Source: Verrucomicrobiota bacterium (GTDB lineage: Bacteria; Verrucomicrobiota; Verrucomicrobiia; Chthoniobacterales; Chthoniobacteraceae). From it: a stretch of DNA of 64,000 bases. Below the pieces are notes generated by a model. The model did no database searches and was not told the DNA's origin. It saw nothing but the letters and a program-made list of their open reading frames with translations. The stretch spans positions 43,675 through 107,674 of the forward strand of contig JBAWXX010000001.1 in NCBI GenBank assembly GCA_037143855.1, read 5' to 3'. Each line of letters begins with the position of its first letter. The stretch's first letter is position 1. A program made the translations under genes and the position numbers. Positions 34,380 to 44,166 of the stretch are shown in pieces.

Positions 34380-37300
34380 CTATTCTCTATAGTCTTCTTT
34401 CCCTCCGGCAATCCGTTCCACCACGCAGAACGTCACGGGGATCAGGAAAATGGCGAGCGCGCTGGCCGCGAGCATCCCGCCGATCACGCACGTCCCAATG
34501 ATCTGGCGGGAAACCGCACCCGAGCCGCTGGCCGTCCAGAGCGGCACGCAGCCGAGGATGAACGCAAAGGAGGTCATCAAAATCGGCCGCAACCGCAGCC
34601 GCGCCGCCTCCAGCGCGGCATCGAGGAGCGGCTGGCCCTGCTCGTGGCCGTGCTTGGCGTATTCGACGATGAGAATGGCGTTCTTCGCCGAAAGCCCGAT
34701 CAGCATCACCAGGCCGATCTGCGCGTAGACGTCGTTTTCGAGATGCCGCGCCGCGAGCGCCGCCAGCGCGCCCGCCACCGCGACGGGCACCCCCAGCAGC
34801 ACGCTGAAGGGCAGCGACCAGCTCTCGTACAGCGCCGCCAGAATCAGAAAAACAAAGACCAGCGAGACCCCGAAAATGGCCGCCGCGGGGATGCCGGCGG
34901 CAGCCTTCTTTTCCTGGAACGACATGCCGATGTAGTCGAACCCCATCTCCCGGGGCATCGTCTGCGCGAACGTCTCCTCCAGCGCCCGCATCGCCTGCGA
35001 GGAGCTGTAGCCCGGTGCGGCGGCTCCATTGATCTGGGCGAACCGATAGAGGTTGTAGCGCGTCGTAAATTCCGGCCCCTCGGAGGGCTCGACCCGCGTC
35101 ACCGCCCCGAGCGGCACCATCTGGTTGGTGGCGTTGCGGACGTAAAAGAGGTCGAGCGACTGGGCGTCCTTGCGGTATTCCCCCTCGGCCTGGACATAGA
35201 CCTGCCATTGGCGGCCAAACCGGTTGAAGTAGTTCACAAAAAAACCGCCCATGTATGTCTGCAGCGCCTGGTAAACCTGCGCGAGATCAGCCCCCTGCTT
35301 GAGCGCCTTGTCCTGGTCCACCCGGGCGAAAACCTGGGGCACGGCGGGAAGGATCGTCGTGCTGAGCCCCGTGATTTCCGGCCGTTTCCGGGCGGCAGCC
35401 ATGAATTTCTCCACGTTGTCGGCCAGAAAACGGGCCTCTTTTCCCGCCCGGTCCTCCAGCGCAAACGTGAACCCGCCGACGGTGCCGACACCGGGGATGG
35501 CGGGCGGCGGGAAGGTGTAGGCAACCCCTTCGGGAATCCTGCCCAGTTCGCGCCCCAGATGCGCACGGATAGCCCCGATCTGCTCCTCCGGCTTCGTGCG
35601 TTGGCTCCAAGGCTCCAGGCTCACAAAGAAAAAGCCGTTGTAGGTGGCCTGCACGCCGCTTAAGAGATTGAACCCGACCACCGTGCTGAAGTAGCGGACG
35701 CCCGGCGTGGCGCGCAACGCCGCCTCCACCTTGCGGCAGGCCTCCTCCGTGCGCTGCAATGAGGCGGCGTTGGGGAGTTGGATCGCCGCGTACAGATAGC
35801 CCTGGTCCTCCTCCGGCAGGAAGCTCGCCGGGATTTTCCCCGCCAAAATCCACGCCCCCACGGCAAACAGCGCCAGGAACAGGAGACTCAAGGCGCTCTT
35901 GTGAATCGCCACGCGGCTCAGACGGATATACGTGTTCGTCCCTGCCTCGAACGCCCGGTTGAACCGCTCGTAAAACCAACCCAGCGGCCCGCGCCCCGCT
36001 TTGCGCGGACGCAACAAGAGCGCGGAAAGCGCGGGGCTCAGCGACAGCGCGTTGAAAGCGGAGATCGTCACAGAGATCGCAATCGTCAGCGCGAATTGTT
36101 GGTAGAGGCGCCCGGTAATGCCGGGCACAAAAGCCGTCGGCACAAAAACCGCCGCGAGCACCAGCGTGGTGCCGATGATCGGGCCGGAAACCAGTTCCAT
36201 CGCCTTGAGCGTCGCCTCGCGGGGAGGCAGCCCATGCTCCATCTGCCGCTCCACCGCCTCCACCACCACGATGGCGTCGTCCACCACCACCCCGATGGCC
36301 AGCACCATCCCAAACATGGCCAGCGTGTTGATCGAGAACCCGCAGAGGGGAAAAAAAACGAACGTGCCGACGAGCGAAACCGGCACCGCGCAAAGCGGGA
36401 TCAGCGTCGCCCGCCACCCTTGCAGAAAAACGAACACCACGACGACCACCAGCGCCAGCGCCTCGAAGAGCGTCTGAACAATCTCGCGCATCCCCTCCTG
36501 CACCGCGAGCGTGGTGTCGAGTGAGACTTTGTATTGCATATCGGGCGGGAACCGCCGCGCCAGCTCGGCCATTTTCGCCTTCACCCCGGCGGCGGCCTCC
36601 AGCGCATTCGTGCCGGGGAGCTGGTAAAAGGCGAGAATCGCCGAGGGCTCCCCGTTGAAGCGGCCCACGAGGTTGTAGGTCTGCGCGCCGAGTTCAATGC
36701 GGCCCACGTCCTTCACGCGGACCACGCCGCCGTCCGGGCTGGCGCGCAGCACGATATTACCGAACTCCTCCGCCGTGAGCAGCCGTCCCTGCGTGCGCAC
36801 GGTGAACGTAAACTCCTGGCCCGGCGGCACCGGCTCCGAGCCGATCTGCCCGCCGGGATTCGGCGCGTTCTGAGCCCGGATCGCCGCGATGATCTCGGGA
36901 ATCGTGAGCCCGAGCCTGGAAAGCTGGTCGGGCTTCACCCAGAGGCGCATCGCGTACTGCCCGGCGCCGAAAATGTTGATGTTCGAGATGCCGGGGCTGC
37001 GCACCAGCGGATCGATCAGGTTGATGTTGGCGTAGTTGGCCAGAAAGATGTTGTCATACGTGCCCTTGGGCGAGTAGAGCGCCACCAGCATCAGCGGCGC
37101 GGAGGGGGATTTCTGGATCGTCACGCCGTAGGCATTCACCTCCGCGGGCAACTGAGAGACGGCTTGCGAAACGCGCAGTTGCGAGAGCACCTGGTCGGTG
37201 TTCGGGTCGGTCGCCACGTCAAACGTCACGCGCAGCGTCATCTGGCCGTTGCTCGCGTTGGTGGAGATCATGTAATCCATGTTGTCCACGCCGCTCACCT

Positions 37301-37502
37301 GCTGCTCGATGGGGGCGGCCACCGCCTGCTCGACGGTCTCGGCGTCCGCTCCAACGTAGGTCGCCTTGACCTGGATCTCCGGCGGCGCAAGCTTCGGGAA
37401 CTGCGCAATCGGCAAAAAGAACGCGGCAATGCCCCCGATAAGCACCATCAAAATGGCGATCACCATGGCGACAATGGGCCGATCGATGAAAAAGCGGTAC
37501 AT
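34380..37502 (-). CDS. RND efflux transporter permease (HAE1/AcrB-like)
   Basis: 1040 aa. The N-terminus MYRFFIDRPIVAMVIAILMVLIGGIAAFFLPIAQFP and the 12-TM, two-large-loop architecture are typical of AcrB-type pumps. Confidence 0.9.
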   Translation of the reverse strand: MYRFFIDRPIVAMVIAILMVLIGGIAAFFLPIAQFPKLAPPEIQVKATYVGADAETVEQAVAAPIEQQVSGVDNMDYMISTNASNGQMTLRVTFDVATDPNTDQVLSQLRVSQAVSQLPAEVNAYGVTIQKSPSAPLMLVALYSPKGTYDNIFLANYANINLIDPLVRSPGISNINIFGAGQYAMRLWVKPDQLSRLGLTIPEIIAAIRAQNAPNPGGQIGSEPVPPGQEFTFTVRTQGRLLTAEEFGNIVLRASPDGGVVRVKDVGRIELGAQTYNLVGRFNGEPSAILAFYQLPGTNALEAAAGVKAKMAELARRFPPDMQYKVSLDTTLAVQEGMREIVQTLFEALALVVVVVFVFLQGWRATLIPLCAVPVSLVGTFVFFPLCGFSINTLAMFGMVLAIGVVVDDAIVVVEAVERQMEHGLPPREATLKAMELVSGPIIGTTLVLAAVFVPTAFVPGITGRLYQQFALTIAISVTISAFNALSLSPALSALLLRPRKAGRGPLGWFYERFNRAFEAGTNTYIRLSRVAIHKSALSLLFLALFAVGAWILAGKIPASFLPEEDQGYLYAAIQLPNAASLQRTEEACRKVEAALRATPGVRYFSTVVGFNLLSGVQATYNGFFFVSLEPWSQRTKPEEQIGAIRAHLGRELGRIPEGVAYTFPPPAIPGVGTVGGFTFALEDRAGKEARFLADNVEKFMAAARKRPEITGLSTTILPAVPQVFARVDQDKALKQGADLAQVYQALQTYMGGFFVNYFNRFGRQWQVYVQAEGEYRKDAQSLDLFYVRNATNQMVPLGAVTRVEPSEGPEFTTRYNLYRFAQINGAAAPGYSSSQAMRALEETFAQTMPREMGFDYIGMSFQEKKAAAGIPAAAIFGVSLVFVFLILAALYESWSLPFSVLLGVPVAVAGALAALAARHLENDVYAQIGLVMLIGLSAKNAILIVEYAKHGHEQGQPLLDAALEAARLRLRPILMTSFAFILGCVPLWTASGSGAVSRQIIGTCVIGGMLAASALAIFLIPVTFCVVERIAGGKEDYRE

Positions 37503-37503
37503 A

Positions 37504-37670
37504 TTAGGGCCTGCTCACACAAACGCTTTTTGCGAGAAAAAGAGGGATTTTTGAGTCGAAAATGACCTGATGAGGTGAGCTGAATCGAGATTCAGCGACC
37601 CGAAGAGGGGCATTTTGGGCCAAAAAGGCCCTTTTTATTGCTGGAAATGGTTTGTGTGAACAGGCCCTAA
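37504..37670. mobile_element. 167-bp TIR-bounded non-coding insert (MITE-like) between the RND adaptor and pump genes
   Basis: TTAGGGCCTGCTCACACAAAC (37504..37524) pairs with GTTTGTGTGAACAGGCCCTAA (37650..37670) as a 21-bp inverted repeat with 1 mismatch. Internal hairpins are GCTGAATC/GATTCAGC and GGGCC-AAAAA-GGCCC followed by TTTTT. The right TIR contains the adaptor gene's TAG stop. Confidence 0.65.
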
Positions 37671-38824
37671 GACGATGGGGAGACGGGCGGCTCCTGCCAC
37701 GGCTTCGGCTCCACCGGCTCCCCGTCGCGCACTTTTTGCAAGCCCTCCACCACCACGGTCTCCCCGGCCCGGACGCCTCTGTTGAGCACGCGCCACCCCT
37801 TCACACGTTCCCCCGGTTCCACGGGGCGGATCGACGCCTTGTGGCCGGAATCGACCACCACCACCTGGAAACTCCCCTGCACTTCCGCAATCGCCCGGTC
37901 TGGCACCAGCAGCGCCCCCGCCAGCACGCCCGTCCGCACGCGCACCCGGCAAAAAAGACCCGGCCGCAAGAGATAGCCGGGGTTGGGGAACAAGGCGGTC
38001 ACGCGCATCGACCCCGTGGCCGGGTCCACCTGCCGGTTGGCGAAATCGAGCTTCCCCTTGCGGGGGTAAACGGAACCGTCGGCCAGCACGATCTGCAACT
38101 CCCACCCCTCGCGGCCCTCCGCCGACTGCGCCAGCCGCGAGGCAAAGGCGATGTAATCCTGCTCCGTGATGGTAAACCCGGCCTTGATCGGGTCCACCGT
38201 GGAAATGGTGGTCAACGGATCGGACTGGGGAGAACCGGGCCCCACCAAATCCCCAACCTGGCCGTTGGCAATCCCGGCGATCCCCTCCACCGGCGCGCTG
38301 ATTTGGGCAAACTCCAGGTTCAGCGCCGCCGTTTCCACCGCCGCCTGCTGGGCCTTCACATCCGCCCGGGCCGTGCCTTGGTTGGCAACGGCCGTATCGC
38401 GCTCCTGGGCGCTGATGACCTTGCCCTCGAACAGCGCCGCCGCCCGCTGGAGGTTGAGCGCCGCGAGCTTCTCCGAAGCCTCCGCGCGGGCGAGATCCCC
38501 GCGCGCCTGGTCCAGGGCCGCCCGGAGCGGGCGGGGGTCGATCTGAAAGAGGAGATCCCCCGCTTTCACCCGCGCCCCCTCCTTGTAATGCTGCGCGACC
38601 AGATATCCGGCGACGCGCGCCCGCACCTGGGCATTCACCCAGCCGTCCAGGTTCCCAAGCCATTCCCGGTACACCGGCACGTCACGCCGCGCCACCTCTA
38701 CCACCAGCACCTCCGGCGGCGCGCGCCGCTCCGGCCCCTGCGGCTTGCGGCAGGCGGGCGCCGCCGCGAGAAGCAGAACCGGGAGGAGCCTCACGCAAAG
38801 CCGCAAAGGCGCAAAGGAACGCAT
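37667..38824 (-). CDS. RND efflux periplasmic adaptor (membrane fusion protein, AcrA-like lipoprotein)
   Basis: 385 aa. Lipobox LLLAAAPAC. The coiled-coil hairpin, lipoyl-like and beta-barrel segments (GDLLFQIDPRP..., ISAPVEGIAG..., VVDSGHKASIRPVEPGERV) are typical of the HlyD/AcrA family. Confidence 0.9.
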   Translation of the reverse strand: MRSFAPLRLCVRLLPVLLLAAAPACRKPQGPERRAPPEVLVVEVARRDVPVYREWLGNLDGWVNAQVRARVAGYLVAQHYKEGARVKAGDLLFQIDPRPLRAALDQARGDLARAEASEKLAALNLQRAAALFEGKVISAQERDTAVANQGTARADVKAQQAAVETAALNLEFAQISAPVEGIAGIANGQVGDLVGPGSPQSDPLTTISTVDPIKAGFTITEQDYIAFASRLAQSAEGREGWELQIVLADGSVYPRKGKLDFANRQVDPATGSMRVTALFPNPGYLLRPGLFCRVRVRTGVLAGALLVPDRAIAEVQGSFQVVVVDSGHKASIRPVEPGERVKGWRVLNRGVRAGETVVVEGLQKVRDGEPVEPKPWQEPPVSPSS

Positions 38825-38896
38825 ACCTCAGAATCGGCGCACGCCCCCAAAAACCGCCTGATACGAAATGAATGACAGAAAGCGGCCATCGAGCCT

Positions 38897-38999
38897 GTCA
38901 TCCCGAACGCATGTGAGGGAACCCCCAAACGGCTCCACGCTTTGCCTTTTTACCACGCACTGGGATTTCGGAGAGATCCCTCGCTCCGCCCGGGATGAC
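38897..38999. repeat. Imperfect long inverted repeat (REP-like hairpin) between the membrane-protein gene and the RND operon
   Basis: GTCATCCCGAACGCATGTGAGGGAACCCC (38897..) faces GGGATTTCGGAGAGATCCCTCGCTCCGCCCGGGATGAC (..38999). The arms share the GTCATCCCG...GAGGGA core in opposite orientation. Confidence 0.5.
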
Positions 39000-39041
39000 G
39001 CCAGGAGAAGCTCAGTCCCCCCTTTGCGTTAACCGCGCAGT

Positions 39042-39857
39042 CTACGACAGCCGCACAAAATCGCGCAAAAACTGCACCCAGACGAAAAACATGCCGCGCC
39101 AGGAATACCGGACCATCCCCTCGCCCATCGGCTGGAGCAGCCCGGCGGAAACATTGTGGGCGATCTGGCGCTCCAGGTCGCGCTGCATGGCAAGCTGCAT
39201 TTCCTCCGGAGTGGCGGGGAGCAACATCGCGGCCGTCACCCCCGACTTCTCTAAAAATATCCGGTGGCTCTCGATCATCTCGCGCACCGAGCGGTCGCCC
39301 CGCAGCCGGTTGGTGCGGAACTGGGGGGCGAACTTCATCGCGTAGGCGAAAGGGTAATTCCAGGTCGTCCAGGAGGTCCCATCCGCGCTCCGGGAGGAGA
39401 AGCAGAGGTAATAAAACGCCATGTCCTCCTGGTCCACCAAACAGATCGTCCCCTGCAAATGCTCGTCCCCTTTGTAAAAGAGGCGGAAGAACTGGCGGTG
39501 GTCCCCCCAATCCCATCCGGCGTCATCCACCTGCTCGAACCCCTCCTCCTCCATCTCCTCCGTCAACGCGCCAAGGTCGGGGAAGATCGAGCGCGCGGGG
39601 GGGAATTGGGGGCGCAGGGGCTTGACCATCGGCAACCGGGCCTTGCGCACGCGGGTCAGAATCTCCAGCCACGGCAGCATCAGCCAGCTTGCGGCAAAAA
39701 GACCCCCCGTCTCCCAACGGCCCGTGGCAAAGTAGCCCACCAGGAAGGAGGTCCCCAAAATACAGAAAGAGCCGAGCTTGAAGAGGATCGGGTTGGAAAA
39801 CGTCCGCAATCCCATGCTCAGGAGCGCTGCGGCAAGAATGAAAAGGATGTCCGACAT
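39042..39857 (-). CDS. Integral membrane hypothetical protein (N-terminal TM bundle plus cytoplasmic domain)
   Basis: 271 aa. It has 3-4 N-terminal TM helices ([17 protein letters not shown]..., [13 protein letters not shown]..., [12 protein letters not shown]) followed by a soluble domain. No family was recognised. Confidence 0.7.
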   Translation of the reverse strand: MSDILFILAAALLSMGLRTFSNPILFKLGSFCILGTSFLVGYFATGRWETGGLFAASWLMLPWLEILTRVRKARLPMVKPLRPQFPPARSIFPDLGALTEEMEEEGFEQVDDAGWDWGDHRQFFRLFYKGDEHLQGTICLVDQEDMAFYYLCFSSRSADGTSWTTWNYPFAYAMKFAPQFRTNRLRGDRSVREMIESHRIFLEKSGVTAAMLLPATPEEMQLAMQRDLERQIAHNVSAGLLQPMGEGMVRYSWRGMFFVWVQFLRDFVRLS

Positions 39858-40002
39858 CGGCGTCCCTTTAGAAAAGGGGCAAACCCAGGGAAAATCCAGA
39901 AGAACTTACCGGAAAAAACCATGGGAATGGACAATTTGTGAGGGGAACCCGGCAAAACTGGGTCTTGCTGCCCCCTCTGATTCCAGCCAAACTACTTGGC
40001 TC

Positions 40003-40620
40003 ATGACTGACGATGCGCTCAGAGTTGAACTTCAAAAACGAGGTGTTTTCGTGGCTTCGTTTGAGGATTTGTATAACTGGGGCCGGAAAAACTCCCTCTG
40101 GCCGCTCCAGTTCGGCCTCGCCTGCTGCGCCATCGAGATGATCGCCGCCGCCGCCGCCCGCTTCGACATCGCCCGGTTCGGCGCGGAAGTCTTCCGCCCC
40201 TCCCCCCGGCAAGCCGACTTTATGATCATTGCGGGCACGGTCACCAAAAAAATGGCCCCGCTCGTCGTCCGCCTCTACAACCAGATGCCGGAGCCCAAAT
40301 ACGTCCTGGCCATGGGCGCGTGCGCCATCTCCGGCGGCCCCTTCAAAGAGGGCTACAACGTGCTCAAGGGGATCGACCGCTACATCCCGGTGGACGTCTA
40401 CGTTCCCGGCTGCCCGCCCCGGCCCGAAGCGCTCCTGGAAGGCTTGATCGCCCTCCAGAAAAAAATCGCCGGCCAGCGCCTCTTTGGGAAAGACCTTCCC
40501 CGGCATGCCAACCCGGAAGCTCCCGCCGAGTATCCCGTGCCCGCCTACGGCCCCCACGACCTGGTTCCGCCGTCCAACCCGGCCATTTTCCATCCGAAAG
40601 CCCCTTCCCTCGCCGAATGA
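40003..40620 (+). CDS. nuoB: NADH-quinone oxidoreductase subunit B (N2 cluster subunit) with a Pro-rich C-terminal extension
   Basis: ATG at 40003. Motifs [19 protein letters not shown] and [11 protein letters not shown]. About 45 extra C-terminal residues. Confidence 0.9.
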   Translation: MTDDALRVELQKRGVFVASFEDLYNWGRKNSLWPLQFGLACCAIEMIAAAAARFDIARFGAEVFRPSPRQADFMIIAGTVTKKMAPLVVRLYNQMPEPKYVLAMGACAISGGPFKEGYNVLKGIDRYIPVDVYVPGCPPRPEALLEGLIALQKKIAGQRLFGKDLPRHANPEAPAEYPVPAYGPHDLVPPSNPAIFHPKAPSLAE

Positions 40621-41156
40621 ACGTCCTCCCGCCCCAATCCGTTTTGGACCGCATCCACGCGGGGCTGCCGCAAGCCCGGGTGGAACTGGTGAACAACCCG
40701 GGCCCGTCGGGCCAGCACGCCCTGCTGGTGCACCGCGAAGACGCGCGCCAAGTCGCCGAATTTCTCAAAAACGACCCCGAACTCCTCCTGGATTACGCCT
40801 CCAATGTCAGCGGCGCCGATTATCCGGAATACCTGGAAGCCGTCTACCACCTCTTCTCCATCGCCCAAAAGCACGGGCCCATCGTGCTCAAAACGCGCAC
40901 GGGCGACCGCGGCGCCGACGCCACCGTCCCCTCGCTCACGCCGGTGTGGAAAAGCGCCGACTTCCAGGAGCGCGAAGCCTACGACCTTTTCGGCATCCGC
41001 TTTGAGGGCCACCCCGACCTGCGCCGCCTGCTGATGTGGGAAGAATTTGCCGATTTTCCCCTGCGCAAAGATTACGCCGCTCCCGCAGACTACGAATACG
41101 AGCCGACGCCGCACGGCGACATCGTCCAAAAAGCCGCCGCCACCACCCAAGCATGA
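40617..41156 (+). CDS. nuoC: NADH-quinone oxidoreductase subunit C
   Basis: The ATGA overlap with the nuoB stop marks the start. [29 protein letters not shown] is the NuoC signature. Confidence 0.9.
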   Translation: MNVLPPQSVLDRIHAGLPQARVELVNNPGPSGQHALLVHREDARQVAEFLKNDPELLLDYASNVSGADYPEYLEAVYHLFSIAQKHGPIVLKTRTGDRGADATVPSLTPVWKSADFQEREAYDLFGIRFEGHPDLRRLLMWEEFADFPLRKDYAAPADYEYEPTPHGDIVQKAAATTQA

Positions 41157-42289
41157 GCCCCTCTTCCACCTTCTTCTCCGGGACGGCCGACGCGGGCGCC
41201 CTGGAAGTCTCGCTCGGGCCGCAACACCCTTCCACCCACGGCGTCTTCCGCATGAACGTCCGCATGGAAGGCGAAACGGTGGTCAAACTGCAACCGGTCT
41301 TTGGCTATCTGCACCGCAACCACGAGAAGATCGCCGAAAAGAATAGCTGGCTGGCCGCCATGCCGTACACCGACCGGCTCGACTACATCTGCTCCGGCAC
41401 CAACAACTGGGCCTACGCCGTGGCGGTCGAGAAGCTCGCGGGCATCGAAGTCCCGGAGCGCGCCGAATACCTGCGCGTGATCGTCGGCGAAATGACCCGG
41501 CTCCAGAACCACACCGCCTTCCTCGGATTCATCCTCGGAGACATGGGCGCGTGGGGCTCGGCCCTCATGTATGCCTTCCGCGAGCGGGAAAAAATCCTCG
41601 ACCTCTTTGAGGAACTCACCGGCGCGCGCATGATGCTCAACTACGCGCGCTTTGGCGGCGTCCGCTGCGACCTCCCCACAGGCTGGCTTGCAAAAGCCCG
41701 CGCCTACCTCGCCACCTATCCCGCCTTCCTGGACGAAATGGAGCGCTTCCTCACCGGCAACGAGATCCTCCTCGCCCGGCTCCAGGGCGTCGGCGTCCTG
41801 AGCGCTGAACGCGCTATCAACGGAGGCCTCTCCGGCCCCGTCCTGCGGGCCTCCGGCGTCGATTACGACATCCGTAAAGTGGACGGCTACGGCATCTATC
41901 CGCGCCTGAAATTCCGCATCCCGCGCGGCGAAGTGGGCGACTGTTTCGACCGCTTCATGCTCCGCCTGCTGGAAGCGCGCGAATCCCTCAAAATCCTGCA
42001 ACAAGCCTTCGACCAGATCCCCGAAGGCCCCATCGTCAACCCCGCCGTCAAACAGCGCGGCTTCAAGCCCCCGGCGGGCGAAGCCTACGGGCGCATCGAA
42101 GGACCCAAGGGCGAACTCGGGTTCCACCTCGTTAGCGACGGGAGCGACAAGCCCTACCGCTATCACGTCCGCCCGCCCAGCCTCATCAACCTCACCCTGC
42201 TCGAAGAAATGTGCCTGGGAACCAAGATCGCCGACGTCATGGTGATCCTCGGCTCCATCGACATCGTTCTGGGCGAAGTGGACCGTTAA
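41153..42289 (+). CDS. nuoD: NADH-quinone oxidoreductase subunit D
   Basis: ATGA overlap with the nuoC stop. [26 protein letters not shown] and a C-terminal [12 protein letters not shown]. Confidence 0.9.
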   Translation: MSPSSTFFSGTADAGALEVSLGPQHPSTHGVFRMNVRMEGETVVKLQPVFGYLHRNHEKIAEKNSWLAAMPYTDRLDYICSGTNNWAYAVAVEKLAGIEVPERAEYLRVIVGEMTRLQNHTAFLGFILGDMGAWGSALMYAFREREKILDLFEELTGARMMLNYARFGGVRCDLPTGWLAKARAYLATYPAFLDEMERFLTGNEILLARLQGVGVLSAERAINGGLSGPVLRASGVDYDIRKVDGYGIYPRLKFRIPRGEVGDCFDRFMLRLLEARESLKILQQAFDQIPEGPIVNPAVKQRGFKPPAGEAYGRIEGPKGELGFHLVSDGSDKPYRYHVRPPSLINLTLLEEMCLGTKIADVMVILGSIDIVLGEVDR

Positions 42290-42324
42290 GAGTTATCCGC
42301 AGATTTTCGCAGATTAAGAATACG

Positions 42325-42957
42325 ATGAATTTTCCCGGCTCAGGCATTCTCAAAGGCATGGCGGTCACCGCCCTCAACACGATTGGGAGCTACTTCGACC
42401 GCGCCCACGCCAAACGCCTTATTACCGAGCAATATCCCGAAGAGCGCCCCACCCTCGCGGAAGCGTCTCGCAGTTTCCCCTTCCTCGTCTTTGACGGAGC
42501 GGACCCGGAAGCCGGGATGCGCTGCGTGGCGTGCAAAATTTGCGAAAAGGAATGCCCGCCCCAGTGCATCTACATCGAGCAGGACCGCGACGCCAACGGC
42601 AAGCCGCTGCGGCGGCCCAAAGTCTTCAACATCGACATCTCCGTCTGCATGGGCTGCCAGATCTGCGTTGAGGTGTGCCCGTTCGAATCGATCCGCATGG
42701 ACAGCATCTACGAGATGAGCAGCTACGACCGCTTCGCCCCGCTGGTCCTCCACAAGCCGCAACTCCTCAAGTCCAACGCCTACTACCACGGCGTTCACCC
42801 CTCCGAAGCCGACGCCACCGATGCCCGCATCGAGGCCGCCCGCATCCGCAAAGAAGCCGCCGCAAAGGCCGCGGCCGCCAAAGTAGCCGCAGCCAAAGCA
42901 GCGGCCGCCGCCAAGGCGGAAAAAGCCGTCCCCTGCCAGCCGGAGCAAAACGCGTGA
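42325..42957 (+). CDS. nuoI: NADH-quinone oxidoreductase subunit I (2x[4Fe-4S]) with an Ala/Lys-rich C-terminal tail
   Basis: CVACKICEKECP and CMGCQICVEVCP. The tail is RIEAARIRKEAAAKAAAAKVAAAKAAAAAKAEK. Confidence 0.9.
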   Translation: MNFPGSGILKGMAVTALNTIGSYFDRAHAKRLITEQYPEERPTLAEASRSFPFLVFDGADPEAGMRCVACKICEKECPPQCIYIEQDRDANGKPLRRPKVFNIDISVCMGCQICVEVCPFESIRMDSIYEMSSYDRFAPLVLHKPQLLKSNAYYHGVHPSEADATDARIEAARIRKEAAAKAAAAKVAAAKAAAAAKAEKAVPCQPEQNA

Positions 42958-44165
42958 TGAACCTGGAAAATCTACCCATCGCCTCCAAACAGGCCCTCCT
43001 GGACGCCCTCCAATGGTGCTCCGCCAAGGTGGGGCTGACGCTGCCCGAATGGCTGCTCGGCCTCGTTTCGGCCCTGGTCATCATCGTCACCATCCTGGCC
43101 ACCTTCCTCATCCTCTTCGCGCTGATGTCCGTCTTTGAGCGCAAACTGCTCGCCCGGGCGCAGAACCGCTACGGCCCCAACCGCGTCGGCCCTTGCGGCC
43201 TCTTCCAGCCCGTCGCCGACGGCATCAAAATGCTGACCAAGGAGGATCTCGTACCGCGCAGCGCCGACAAGGTCGTCCACTACCTGGCCCCCATCGCCAT
43301 GGTCGCCCCGGCCCTGATGCTGCCGGTGATCCTCCCTTACGGGCGCGATATGGTCGCCGTGGATCTGCCCGTCGGCATCCTCTTCTTCTTCGCCCTCGGC
43401 GCGGGAAGCGAGTTGGCCGTCTTCATGGCCGGGTGGGCCAGCAACAACAAATACTCCATCCTGGGAGCCATGCGCGCCATCGCCCAGATGATCAGCTACG
43501 AACTGCCGCTGGTCACTTCCGCCGTGGTCGTGGCGCTCGTGGCGGGCACGCTTTCGCCCGCCGTGATCGTCGAAGCCCAAAGGGGCTACAGCTACGGCTT
43601 CGTGCCCCACTGGTTCGTCTGCACCCCGTGGGGCTTCGCCGCCTGCCTCCTCTTTTACCTCGGCGCGCTGGCCGAGTCCAACCGCTGCCCGTTCGACCTG
43701 CCTGAAGGCGAATCCGAAATCATCGCGGGCCATCTTACCGAGTATTCCGGGTTCAAATACGCCATCTTCTTCATGGCGGAATACGTCGGCATGTTCGCCA
43801 TCAACGGCCTGCTGGTAACGCTCTTCCTGGGCGGCTATCAAGCGCCGTTCCCCTTCCTGGAATGGATCCCCTCCTGGTGCTGGTTCTTTGCGAAGCTCTG
43901 GGCCGTCGCGCTCTCCATGGTCTGGGTGCGCACCACGCTCCCCCGCTTCCGCATCGACCAGATGATGCAATTCGCCTGGAAATTCATGCTCCCGATGAGC
44001 TTCGTCGCGCTGCTCGCGGCGGCGGCCTGGCACTACGCCGGGCGGGGGCCCGCGGCCTGGGGGATTTCCGCGCTGGTCATCCTCATCCCCTATCTCCTCT
44101 TGGGCCATTTTTGCTTCACCCGGCAGCATTCCGCCACCAACCGCCGGTATTATTACTCCGAGTAA
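42957..44165 (+). CDS. nuoH: NADH-quinone oxidoreductase subunit H
   Basis: The start overlaps the nuoI stop (TGATG). ERKLLARAQNRYGPNRVGPCGLFQPVADGIKM and ESNRCPFDLPEGESE. There is an N-terminal extension of about 25 aa. Confidence 0.9.
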   Translation: MNLENLPIASKQALLDALQWCSAKVGLTLPEWLLGLVSALVIIVTILATFLILFALMSVFERKLLARAQNRYGPNRVGPCGLFQPVADGIKMLTKEDLVPRSADKVVHYLAPIAMVAPALMLPVILPYGRDMVAVDLPVGILFFFALGAGSELAVFMAGWASNNKYSILGAMRAIAQMISYELPLVTSAVVVALVAGTLSPAVIVEAQRGYSYGFVPHWFVCTPWGFAACLLFYLGALAESNRCPFDLPEGESEIIAGHLTEYSGFKYAIFFMAEYVGMFAINGLLVTLFLGGYQAPFPFLEWIPSWCWFFAKLWAVALSMVWVRTTLPRFRIDQMMQFAWKFMLPMSFVALLAAAAWHYAGRGPAAWGISALVILIPYLLLGHFCFTRQHSATNRRYYYSE

Positions 44166-44166
44166 C

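Noticed and set aside
38950-39516. 188-aa minus-strand ORF
   Set aside because: It overlaps, in another frame, the better-supported 271-aa membrane-protein gene and extends into the REP-like hairpin. It has a Gly/Pro/Arg-rich shadow composition.
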